Positions 27,664 to 36,364 of a stretch of 64,000 bases of DNA are shown here, piece after piece. Each line of letters begins with the position of its first letter. The first letter of the stretch is position 1. This stretch comes from a bacterium (GTDB lineage Bacteria; Patescibacteriota; UBA1384; XYA2-FULL-43-10; JAKAMI01). The position numbers were made by a program, and so were the translations under genes. Where the stretch lies: contig JAKAMI010000002.1 in the NCBI GenBank assembly GCA_021812945.1, positions 1,047-65,046 of the forward strand. The letters are read 5' to 3'. The notes beneath the pieces are model-generated. The model was not told the origin of the DNA. It was given only the letters and a program-made list of their open reading frames with translations, and searched no databases.

Positions 27664-28305
27664 CTACTGAGCGGTGGTCATCCAGTTGGATCGAGAACCA
27701 CACTGTGTCTCAAAATCGCCGACTCGCTCGAGGAGGAACTGAGAACGTGTTCTCGCTGCCGCCAGTTGCTTCTGGCGCACCTCTGTACACCGCTGAAACT
27801 CCCCAAGAATCTCGCGGACCATCTCCAGGGGTCGGAGACAGACACAGTTGAGGAGCTCCGTTGAGGTGACTACCCGGCTGGTGATCTCCACCGCTTTGCT
27901 GACTGTGAGATCACGATCCGAGTCGGGGGCCTCAGAGTAGGTCACCGTAGTAACAACCCATCCTTCTGAGCAGACACCCCAGATCTGACACCTATTGCTT
28001 AGTCTGTTCTCCTCCAACCATAGGAAACGCTGATCGTAGAAGAACATGCCTCTGGTGTTCTTCTTGAGAACCCCGGTGACTTTCGGCTTGTCCTGGAATA
28101 AATAGTGGGGAGATACACCGTCCCCCAGACATTCGACGTCAAGGATTGCCGAGAGTGGCAGGTCCCAGATCTCGTGCCTGAGGTAGTCGAGGAGTTGGTC
28201 GAATGTCTCTTCCCACCTACTTTCGCTGGTAATCTGGCGGATGACAGCGGCTCGTAGGTCACGTTCCCGGTCTGAGGTGAGTCTGATAGTGTTCTCGGTT
28301 GACAT
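27664..28305 (-). CDS. Hypothetical protein
   Basis: AAAGGAGG Shine-Dalgarno before ATG 28305; 213 aa. Confidence 0.65.
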   Translation of the reverse strand: MSTENTIRLTSDRERDLRAAVIRQITSESRWEETFDQLLDYLRHEIWDLPLSAILDVECLGDGVSPHYLFQDKPKVTGVLKKNTRGMFFYDQRFLWLEENRLSNRCQIWGVCSEGWVVTTVTYSEAPDSDRDLTVSKAVEITSRVVTSTELLNCVCLRPLEMVREILGEFQRCTEVRQKQLAAARTRSQFLLERVGDFETQCGSRSNWMTTAQ

Positions 28306-28389
28306 TGTCAACCTCCTTTGGGAGTTGCTCAGCAATTGCTAAGCTAGCCCGAGACTAGCATAAGTACGAATACTAAACAATACCCAAGC

Positions 28390-29716
28390 GGCTCTATGTC
28401 AAGTGGTGTGGTAGTAGGAGACTGATCGGGATAAATGCCAGCAATGCTTTTCTGATGTAGTTATCTACGTTTCTGAATCCGTACGAAAGACGTTTGATTG
28501 TTTTTAGTTTGGTATTAACTCCTTCGGTGTAGCCGTTAGTGGTGAAACGATCGAAGTAAGCCAGAATCTCATTTTGCCAGCGCATCAACATTTTCAGAAG
28601 TTGCCTGGTCGGTTGATGATTGGAGCCTTTCATCTTGTTAGTCAGGATATTAAAGCTTAGTTCCGCGAGTGTTTTGTTGGGTATCTTGTAGATCCGGCGC
28701 AACTCTTCTTTACAACTCCAGAGCTCGCCTAATTCCGGATATGCTTTGTTAATCTCGTTTAAGGCGACTCGTTCGTTTGGTTTTAGATGTTCTTTCGGTT
28801 TGTCAAAGATGACTTTGGGTAGTTTAACTTTGTCAGTCCCCTGGATTAAAGTTCTTAAGTTAGAAAGTTGACGATTGGCTTCGGCAATTACATGGAAAGC
28901 ATCAACTACGATTGTAGCCCTAGGTAGCTCCCTCTTGATTGTTTGGTAGTAACGCCTGTCCATATCTATACAGACTTCAGTAATGGCTTCCTTGCGCGCG
29001 GCTGGTATGTCTTGAAGAAATTTCTCAACCGTAATCCGACTATCATCCGGTAAGATAGAGATCAGCTGGCGATTTGTGATATCGGTGAAGGTAGGCAACA
29101 TTTTCTGGCCGGAAAAACTATGACAATCTAGACCCATTGAAATTACAATCCCTTCCGGCCAGACACCAACCAGAGGGTTGATTTTGTCGTTTAAGATTTG
29201 TTGAATGGTGGTAAAGCTAGTCTCGGCTAAATCCTGCTGAGTTTTGAAACTGGTTGAGCCCAAGCCCTTGATTATCTGATCTGCGTAGACCAGAGAATAG
29301 TTCTTATTAAGTGGAATTGATTTGTGGCGGTCGGTGGTGATGTGACGACGCCTATCTTTTTTCTGGCACCACCAGCAGAAGAATGCCCTAGTTTTAACTC
29401 TAAGCATAATTAAATTGCCTTGCCAAAACATGTGCTTAACCCGTCTGGGTTTTAAGTGGCGGTTAAGAGTCGTGACGTAGCGTCCGCAGTCTCTACAATG
29501 GACACCTTTAGTTTTTGGTCTTACGGTGATCAACATAACTTTGCCGTTTATCTCCGTATTTTCAACATGGAACTCTTGCAGTTTGAACATCTTTTTGAAA
29601 CAATTCTCCATAGGTAGACTCCTTGTAGTTAAGTGATATTTCCTACAATCAGTCTACCTACTTTTGTTTTACGCATAAAGCGTAGCTAACCGTACCACAC
29701 TGTTTAGTATAGAGCC
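28390..29716 (-). mobile_element. ISL3-family insertion sequence
   Basis: Imperfect terminal inverted repeats GGCTCTATgtcaagtgGTGTGGTA and GGCTCTATactaaacaGTGTGGTA enclose the transposase. Confidence 0.88.
28394..29611 (-). CDS. ISL3-family transposase
   Basis: N-terminal CxxC..CxxC, VCIDM, IVVDAFHV, TNGYTEGVNTKLKTIKRLSYGFRN. Confidence 0.93.
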   Translation of the reverse strand: MENCFKKMFKLQEFHVENTEINGKVMLITVRPKTKGVHCRDCGRYVTTLNRHLKPRRVKHMFWQGNLIMLRVKTRAFFCWWCQKKDRRRHITTDRHKSIPLNKNYSLVYADQIIKGLGSTSFKTQQDLAETSFTTIQQILNDKINPLVGVWPEGIVISMGLDCHSFSGQKMLPTFTDITNRQLISILPDDSRITVEKFLQDIPAARKEAITEVCIDMDRRYYQTIKRELPRATIVVDAFHVIAEANRQLSNLRTLIQGTDKVKLPKVIFDKPKEHLKPNERVALNEINKAYPELGELWSCKEELRRIYKIPNKTLAELSFNILTNKMKGSNHQPTRQLLKMLMRWQNEILAYFDRFTTNGYTEGVNTKLKTIKRLSYGFRNVDNYIRKALLAFIPISLLLPHHLT

Positions 29717-29856
29717 GGGCGGTTTACACCCCAATCCAAAAAACCCTTGACTAATTTCTGTCATGCTGAATTTATTTCAGCATCTTAAGACAAGTGCGTA
29801 ACATTTTGGGATTCTGAAACAAGTTCAGAATGACGAAAAGAAAAGTTTCCGGAATA

Positions 29857-30072
29857 CTACCTAGACCTCACAACCTCATTATACGCATTTATTAGCTCAT
29901 TTGCATCAGACTCATCAAGGGTTAGAATATAGTCCTGTTTTGTTAGGTTATCCTTCTCGGCTCCAGTAAAAATAAGACCGGTTTTGTTAGCAATTTGTTC
30001 TAACTGCTTCAAGGTCAGACGATTGAGTTTTTTTGCGAATGCCTCGTATTCTTTTTTAGTGAACGGTTTCAT
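29857..30072 (-). CDS. Hypothetical protein (71 aa)
   Basis: ATGA overlap with the upstream GNAT stop suggests translational coupling. Confidence 0.6.
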   Translation of the reverse strand: MKPFTKKEYEAFAKKLNRLTLKQLEQIANKTGLIFTGAEKDNLTKQDYILTLDESDANELINAYNEVVRSR

Positions 30073-30541
30073 AGCCCACCCTTTTTCAATTGCATTTGGA
30101 GTTCATCTCCGTTTCCTCCGGTGACTAAGAACCCCATTTTTTCATAGAGTTTTATCGCCCCAGTGTTTGATTTGAAAACTTCCAAATTGATCTCTGTTAT
30201 ACCCCATTTGTAGGCTTTGTGAATTACATATTCCATAGCCTGTTTTCCGATTCCCAATCCCCAATAGTCTTTGTCGCCGATCATGATAAAGGCATTCGAA
30301 ACATGGGCTTTTAGGTCAATTTCAGTCAGACCGACCATTCCGACCGTTTTCCGATCGATGTTAATGGCCCAAAAAATTTATTCTCATTAGCTTTGTATCT
30401 TTTGAACCAATCTTGCTGTTCTGTTCTCAACTGTACGATCGACTCATCTCCAAAAACACCCAGAGCTACTCGGGGGTCAGTCAACCACTTGACTCGGGTT
30501 GGTACATCTTTAGCGGTGAATGGTCTAAATGAAATTTTCAT
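30069..30541 (-). pseudogene. RimJ/RimL-type GNAT acetyltransferase split by a 1-nt frameshift in a T-tract
   Basis: MKISFRPFTAKD..ENKFF continues in the -1 frame as WAINIDRKTVGMVGL..YWGLGIGK..NTGAIKLYEKMGF; the break is at 30371-30376. Confidence 0.75.
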
Positions 30542-30573
30542 CTGCAAAATATATTTCAACGGGTAAAAAGGGG

Positions 30574-31953
30574 TTACTCCTCGTGCCAGTTGACTATTTG
30601 GTAGCTTTTGCTCTTGGGAAAATAAGGCGGCGGAGTATAGAGGAGCCGGTTGTCGTAGTTGTAACCGGCATGGGCGAAACCCCAATAAACAATACCGCTG
30701 CTGGTCCATTGGAACTCTAATCCCCCTTGTTGGGTAATGGCGCCGTAAATATTCAAAGTACCCTTAAGGGGACCGGAAGACTGAAAATAGGCCCGGCCGT
30801 TTTTGGCCAGCATAGCGGCGTCGATGGTCAGGTCGTTGGGGCAGGTCGAAACGATGGGGATATCTTGGTTGGCAACCAACCCCAGCTTGGCAACGGAGTC
30901 GTTTTGAGCATAGGTGATATTGCCGTTAATAAAGATATTTTTACTTGAGACAAGAGTCATCTCCCGATTTTTGACTGTACCGTCGACCCAGACATTGTCG
31001 TCAAAAAACATGAGATTCCCGGCATATGCCTGGCTCGGAAGATAACTTTTTTCAATGTTTATTTGCCCGTAAGCCGCCGTATTACTCTTGTAACTACTGA
31101 CTTTAGTAATGCTGTATTGACTATCCGCCAGGGTTATGTGATAGCCCTGTTTGTTGCTATCGCCGTAGTATTGGTTTTGGGCTATCGCTTTGGACTTCAG
31201 ATCGTTAAAATCAATGTCGGCTAGATTGAACGGAGCAGCGCTATAGACTATCGGGGTCGTATCGAATTTACCCGGACCACCGGCACAGGGGCAAATACCG
31301 CCGGGGCAGTAAGAGTCACTGACCCATTTGGTGGTAAAAGTTGAGTCAATCGAGCAGGTTAGATTGGTTTTACCTTTGATCTCGCCGTAATTACGAATAC
31401 CTTTGTTCGAGGAGTTGACCCAGACGGGGCCGTTGATCACCTCCTGGGTATCGACATAAATCTCGTCGGTTAAAGAATTGATGAAAGCGTTGGCAAACGA
31501 GGGGATGGTCAGATCGGTCGTGATGGTTTTCCGAGTGGTGCTGCCGTTGACCGTTCCGGTAGATTTCAGTTTCACGATGTTGGTATCGTTGGTTGGATAG
31601 ATGAGGAGACTGTAATTACCTATGAGTTTGCCTGAGTTGTCGGTGTAATCATGAGAGTAAGGGCCGTAAGAACCATCCGGATTTAACTGCCGGCAGGCAT
31701 CGGCGGAATTGGCGCTGCAGTTGTCCCAAAAATCGTTCGGATTGTGCTCCAGATGCCAAAGATAATAGTTGATGCCGGCTTCGGCAATGTTGACTGCCGA
31801 AACCTGGCGGCTGTAGAGGCTGGAACGTTTGAGACTGGCGGAGACCATCGCCAGAAGCGCTACCGCCATGATTAAAAGTATGGTGGTAGCCATCAGAATC
31901 CAAGGGAGAAAAGTAGCAGATTTGAAAGGAGTTTTGAGTCTGATTGGTCTCAT
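30574..31953 (-). CDS. PilX-like minor pilin / pilus assembly protein
   Basis: N-terminal hydrophobic helix, AVNIAEAGINYY, C-terminal YNYDNRLLYTPPPYFP; lies in the pil cluster. Confidence 0.75.
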   Translation of the reverse strand: MRPIRLKTPFKSATFLPWILMATTILLIMAVALLAMVSASLKRSSLYSRQVSAVNIAEAGINYYLWHLEHNPNDFWDNCSANSADACRQLNPDGSYGPYSHDYTDNSGKLIGNYSLLIYPTNDTNIVKLKSTGTVNGSTTRKTITTDLTIPSFANAFINSLTDEIYVDTQEVINGPVWVNSSNKGIRNYGEIKGKTNLTCSIDSTFTTKWVSDSYCPGGICPCAGGPGKFDTTPIVYSAAPFNLADIDFNDLKSKAIAQNQYYGDSNKQGYHITLADSQYSITKVSSYKSNTAAYGQINIEKSYLPSQAYAGNLMFFDDNVWVDGTVKNREMTLVSSKNIFINGNITYAQNDSVAKLGLVANQDIPIVSTCPNDLTIDAAMLAKNGRAYFQSSGPLKGTLNIYGAITQQGGLEFQWTSSGIVYWGFAHAGYNYDNRLLYTPPPYFPKSKSYQIVNWHEE

Positions 31954-31972
31954 AAGCCAGATTAGTCTAATG

Positions 31973-32572
31973 TTAGAGGTTGTCTTTCAGATTTCGGATG
32001 TCGACCCGGGTTTTGGATTCCACCTCGCGGCTGGCGTATCGTCCGATCGCTTGGTTGCGAAGATCAATCTGGACCAGCCGGACTTTGGTCACATCGCAAG
32101 GAGTAGCCAGAGCGGCCCCGGTCGAGTCGAAGTAACTGAAGACGGGAGTGCTGTCGGAATTGGTTACATAGGTCGAGACGACCTGATCAACCGATTGGTC
32201 TGCCGGATAAGTAATCCCGCCAAGCTGATCGACGGCCGGCTGGATGGTGGATTTGCTAATTTGCTGCTGATTCTGATCCAGTCCGTAGCTGATTTTTTGC
32301 GCCGGGGAATCAATCGCTCCTTTGTAATAGTAAAAGGTCAATTGGTTCTTGTCGCAAAGTTCTACCGAAGTCGCCGCCTTAATCTCCGGCGTCAGTCTCG
32401 AAAAAGCATTGATTTGTTGGTCGGTCATTTCCAGCTTGAGCTGATTTATCTGATAGTTTTTGAGATTGGAGGTAAAAAATTGGCTGATTATCACCACTAA
32501 AATAGAAATTGCGGCGGCAGCTATCGAAATCTCGATCAGAGTGAAAGCGGATTTTGTTCTGGCTTTTATCAT
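31973..32572 (-). CDS. Prepilin-type (PilW-like) minor pilin
   Basis: Class III signal KSA/FTLIEISIA; C-terminal VDIRN. Confidence 0.8.
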   Translation of the reverse strand: MIKARTKSAFTLIEISIAAAAISILVVIISQFFTSNLKNYQINQLKLEMTDQQINAFSRLTPEIKAATSVELCDKNQLTFYYYKGAIDSPAQKISYGLDQNQQQISKSTIQPAVDQLGGITYPADQSVDQVVSTYVTNSDSTPVFSYFDSTGAALATPCDVTKVRLVQIDLRNQAIGRYASREVESKTRVDIRNLKDNL

Positions 32573-32575
32573 AGT

Positions 32576-33910
32576 CTAGTTGCTGGTTATTTCAATCGCA
32601 TTATTCTTGAGGCTGATTTGGTTCAGATTATTGGTCAATTTCAGATCCCAAGAGCCGTTTGCCGCATTGGTCAAATCAAAAGAAATCGAGGCTGAGGAAG
32701 GAGTGGCATTTACGATGGTTCCCACGATGTCGGCTACACCGGTGTGCGCCAGTCTGGCCTCGGTTAAAGCATCAAGATGCGTGCCGGTAACCACCAGCTC
32801 GACACCGGCAGCCTTGTCCGGGTGTGCAGGCTTGATGTCGGTAACAGTGATGAAAGTGGCGGTATCACCGGTTAGAACGGTTGCGTGGACGGTCTGGCAC
32901 AGATTGGCCTTATAGTCATCGCTCCAACTGGTGATCGAGGGGGGACAGACTCCCGGGCAACCGCCGCCGCTTCCTCCGCCTCCAGAGGTGTAAAAAGCCT
33001 TATAAATCTGAAGCGCGGGAGTCAAGGTTTGATCCGTGGTTTGGAGGGTGGTTTCCACTTGAAGGTAGCGTTGTTGTACGACCACAAAAAGAGAAATCGA
33101 TGAGGCGTAAGGTATTGAGGCTGACCAAGCAGACCAATTTGACGAGTCGGGCGATGTTCTGAAACGAAAGCCAACTTGAGTCTTATCCGGAATGGTGGCA
33201 ACCGGCACGAAAGTATCCCAACTCTTAAAGGAGGGTGTACCGTCAATTTGGCTTGCGGCCGAGACGTGTGTTGCGGTCAATGGTTGCCCGTAAGCTTCAA
33301 GCTCGTATAAATTGGCCACCCATTGGGGCGCCGGCATGCCGCCGCCTTCCAGCTTGATCCTGAGATAGGAGGCGCTGACCGGAGGCGAAATGTCGTATGT
33401 CTGCCAACCTTCGTTTTTATAGCCCATAGTTGTGACTTGAAGAGAAAAGTTGACCCCATCGGTTGAAGTGTAGATGTAGGCCCCGCCGAGCAAGACCTCT
33501 CTGACTACGCGGAACTGATTGATGTTATAGGCTCCGTTCAGTTTGAGCGTCCAAAGCGCGGTCCCTCCACAGCCGACACCCGAACAAATGGTTCCGCCCC
33601 AAGCCGTGTCGATGTTGCCGTCGAAGACATTGGTCTTGTTTTCGTCATGCATGGTCACTGTAAGATTGGTGTTGTCAATATCATAAATCGTTTTCAGGTC
33701 AATTTTGGCGTTGCTCGGATTGATCCTAACGTCGCCGCCGATCGGCGGGTTTGGGTTGTTCAGGTCGGTGTTTACGTTTATTCCGGCTTGCCAATCACTT
33801 TTTGAATCCAGTGTGACCGAGCCTGTGCCGGCCGAAACCGGCAGGACCCGAGTGATCGCTCCCAGAAGAAGCAGGATCAGGACAATTTTGATAGAAGTAA
33901 CTTTTTTCAT
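32576..33910 (-). CDS. Secreted protein with discoidin/F5-8C-like and Ig-like domains
   Basis: Signal peptide, NVFDGNIDTAW..YTSTDGVNF..SYLRI..LYELEAYG, a GGGGSGGG linker and a beta-rich C-terminus. Confidence 0.65.
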   Translation of the reverse strand: MKKVTSIKIVLILLLLGAITRVLPVSAGTGSVTLDSKSDWQAGINVNTDLNNPNPPIGGDVRINPSNAKIDLKTIYDIDNTNLTVTMHDENKTNVFDGNIDTAWGGTICSGVGCGGTALWTLKLNGAYNINQFRVVREVLLGGAYIYTSTDGVNFSLQVTTMGYKNEGWQTYDISPPVSASYLRIKLEGGGMPAPQWVANLYELEAYGQPLTATHVSAASQIDGTPSFKSWDTFVPVATIPDKTQVGFRFRTSPDSSNWSAWSASIPYASSISLFVVVQQRYLQVETTLQTTDQTLTPALQIYKAFYTSGGGGSGGGCPGVCPPSITSWSDDYKANLCQTVHATVLTGDTATFITVTDIKPAHPDKAAGVELVVTGTHLDALTEARLAHTGVADIVGTIVNATPSSASISFDLTNAANGSWDLKLTNNLNQISLKNNAIEITSN

Positions 33911-33918
33911 TCTTTAAA

Positions 33919-34941
33919 CTAATTATTGGTATAGTTATACCTGTCGTGTTCGATGAGCGGAATGAGTATTTTTCCGTTGGCGTCCGTAGTTTTCCATTGA
34001 TCGTACTTGGATTTCGGGTCGGTGCAAAGCAACCGGGCGCTCTGCACTCTGATGGAGGTATTGGGCAGGGGATTTCCGTTGGCATCTTTGACCAAAATCT
34101 CCAAGTCGGTCAGACAGCGAATCTGCATTTGGATTGTAGTCACGGTTTGAACCCGGATAATCGGGTTGAGAGTAGCTCCCGAGGTATCGATAGCGACCGA
34201 ACAAAAGTTTTTGCTCAAAGTCGTGTCGGTGCTGTAATCTTGTTTGGTGACGCTGACTATATAGCTGTTGTCCTCGGCCGGGGGAAGCATCGGTACCATA
34301 ACTTGACCGTAGTCGTCGGTGTAGACGGTAATCCCTTCGGTCGGAAAACCGGAGGCGACAAGGGTCGGGTTGGTGATGGTAACTTTGGCTCCCTGGATGG
34401 GGACGTTGCCAATCTCGGGATTATCGACCACGTTGACAACCAGGATCCCGGTGTTAGAGGCAGTCTCGGCGGCTTTGGAGGCGATGTTGGTGGTGAGGTC
34501 GGAGAGCAGCTTGTTCTCAAGGCGGTTATAAACCGAGACTGTGACTTTTTTGTAGTCGATGGGCGACGTATCGGTATATGGTTGAGGATCGGTGGCCAGG
34601 TGGTCGTAGGGATCATCGAAATATCGGGCATCAATTTTGATGGTGAAGCGGAAACCGGCGTAATCCAGATCCTCGGAATCGAGCAGGTTTTTCTGGGGTA
34701 GAATCGGGCCGTGTTGAGTAGCAATGTCGTCGTAAGGCAAACTCCGAATCATCTCGATTCGATCGTTGGCCAGATTGGCGGCGACCACCCGCATCTGGGC
34801 ATAAGACGCCGAGCGCAAATTTGTCAGCATCAGACTCAAAATCGTCACTGCCACAACACTCAAAACGGCAAAGTCGATGATAACTTCGATCAGGGAAAAA
34901 CTCAGTCCTTTGTTTTGTTTAATGTGTTTAATCTTCGTCAT
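33919..34941 (-). CDS. Prepilin-type (PilV-like) protein with carboxypeptidase-regulatory-like domains
   Basis: FSLIEVII, ANLANDRIEMIRSLPYDDI, DYKKVTVSV, PIQGAKVTI..TDDYG. Confidence 0.78.
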   Translation of the reverse strand: MTKIKHIKQNKGLSFSLIEVIIDFAVLSVVAVTILSLMLTNLRSASYAQMRVVAANLANDRIEMIRSLPYDDIATQHGPILPQKNLLDSEDLDYAGFRFTIKIDARYFDDPYDHLATDPQPYTDTSPIDYKKVTVSVYNRLENKLLSDLTTNIASKAAETASNTGILVVNVVDNPEIGNVPIQGAKVTITNPTLVASGFPTEGITVYTDDYGQVMVPMLPPAEDNSYIVSVTKQDYSTDTTLSKNFCSVAIDTSGATLNPIIRVQTVTTIQMQIRCLTDLEILVKDANGNPLPNTSIRVQSARLLCTDPKSKYDQWKTTDANGKILIPLIEHDRYNYTNN

Positions 34942-35040
34942 AATGTACCGCGACCGCCACTGATCTATTCCACAGATTGTCCACAGATCTGCGCAGATCA
35001 GTGGAATTGATCTGTGGAGGTCACCGTTCGACTATTTATT

Positions 35041-36243
35041 TTACTGTGCTCCCACCAGACCGTAAATCGGTTGCAAAACGGCAATCAGCAAAAGGCCGAT
35101 GCCGGCGCCCAGGACAATCATCATCACCGGTTCTATCAGGCTGGAGAGGTTTTTGGTGATATTGGTCACGTCTCTTTCATAAAAATCGGCCAGGGTGGTG
35201 TAGACTTCATCCATTTTGCCGCTCTTCTCGCCGACCATGGTCAGCTGGTGAATCATCGAAGGGAACAGTTTGCTCTCTTTCAGCACCGCCGATAGCGCCT
35301 TGCCATTTTCAACCTCTTTGGAGATTTTCTCGATCTCCCGATGGTAAAGGACATTGGGAATAACGTCCTTGACCACTTTGAAAATCTTCAAAATCGGAAT
35401 TCCCGAAGCGGAAAGGCTGGCAAAGGTCCGGGCGAAGTTGGCCATATAGGATTTGGTGTAAAGGTTGCCGAAGATGGGCAGTTTCAGGAGTAATTTATCA
35501 AAAAAGAGCTTTCCGGAAGGAGTCCGGTGGAAAGCAACTAAGCCGGCGATCAAAGCAGCTAATCCGGCCAGGAGATAGTACCAATAGGCAGTCATCAGAT
35601 CTCCCAAACCCATAATGACCTTCGTAATCGCCGGCATCTCCACTCCGGAGTCGGCGAAAATGGATTTGAGTTTGGGCAGGATGAAGATTAGAACAAAGAC
35701 GGCTACCCCGATGAGCGCCACAGTGATAACGGCCGGATAAATCAAAGCACCGCGGACCTTGGCGACCAAGTCGTAAGTTTTATCCATTTGTTTGGCTTGA
35801 CGTTCCAGGACTTCGTCAAGCTTACCCGATTCTTCGCCGGAAGCCACGATGCTCAGGTAGACCGAATCGAAAATCTCCGGAAATTTGGCTAAAGCGGAGG
35901 ATAAGGTGCCGCCGCTTTCGACCTCGGGTATGATCTTTTCAAGCGCTTGGCCGAGGGCCTTGCTGTTGGTTTCCTCCTGCAGAGATTTGAGAATGGTAAC
36001 AATACCCAGACCCGAGCGGATCATGACGGCCATTTGCTGGGTAAAAACGATTTTTTCTTTGAGCGGGACTTTACTCTTAAAGATCGTCAAGTTTAAACTC
36101 AAACCCTTGCTCATCGGTTCAACTTTGGTGACGAACAAACCTTTTTTCAAAACCAAAGTGACGGCATGATCCTGCGCTGCCGCTTCAACCGTTCCCGATT
36201 CCTCTTTACCTTGGCGATCCTTGGCGCGATACTTGAATAGCAT
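35041..36243 (-). CDS. pilC: Type IV pilus / T2SS inner-membrane platform protein (PilC/GspF)
   Basis: FKYRAKD, FTQQMAVMIRSG, GEESGKLDEVL, ALIYPA, GEKSGKMD, LIEPVM. Confidence 0.92.
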   Translation of the reverse strand: MLFKYRAKDRQGKEESGTVEAAAQDHAVTLVLKKGLFVTKVEPMSKGLSLNLTIFKSKVPLKEKIVFTQQMAVMIRSGLGIVTILKSLQEETNSKALGQALEKIIPEVESGGTLSSALAKFPEIFDSVYLSIVASGEESGKLDEVLERQAKQMDKTYDLVAKVRGALIYPAVITVALIGVAVFVLIFILPKLKSIFADSGVEMPAITKVIMGLGDLMTAYWYYLLAGLAALIAGLVAFHRTPSGKLFFDKLLLKLPIFGNLYTKSYMANFARTFASLSASGIPILKIFKVVKDVIPNVLYHREIEKISKEVENGKALSAVLKESKLFPSMIHQLTMVGEKSGKMDEVYTTLADFYERDVTNITKNLSSLIEPVMMIVLGAGIGLLLIAVLQPIYGLVGAQ

Positions 36244-36364
36244 CAATCTCCTTCGTCGATAAATATTGAACGGCGACCCCCCACAGATCAATTCCACAGA
36301 TGAGGACAGGATAATCAGTGGATTATCAGTGGAGTTGATCTGTGGGGGGTCGCTGGCTCAACTC

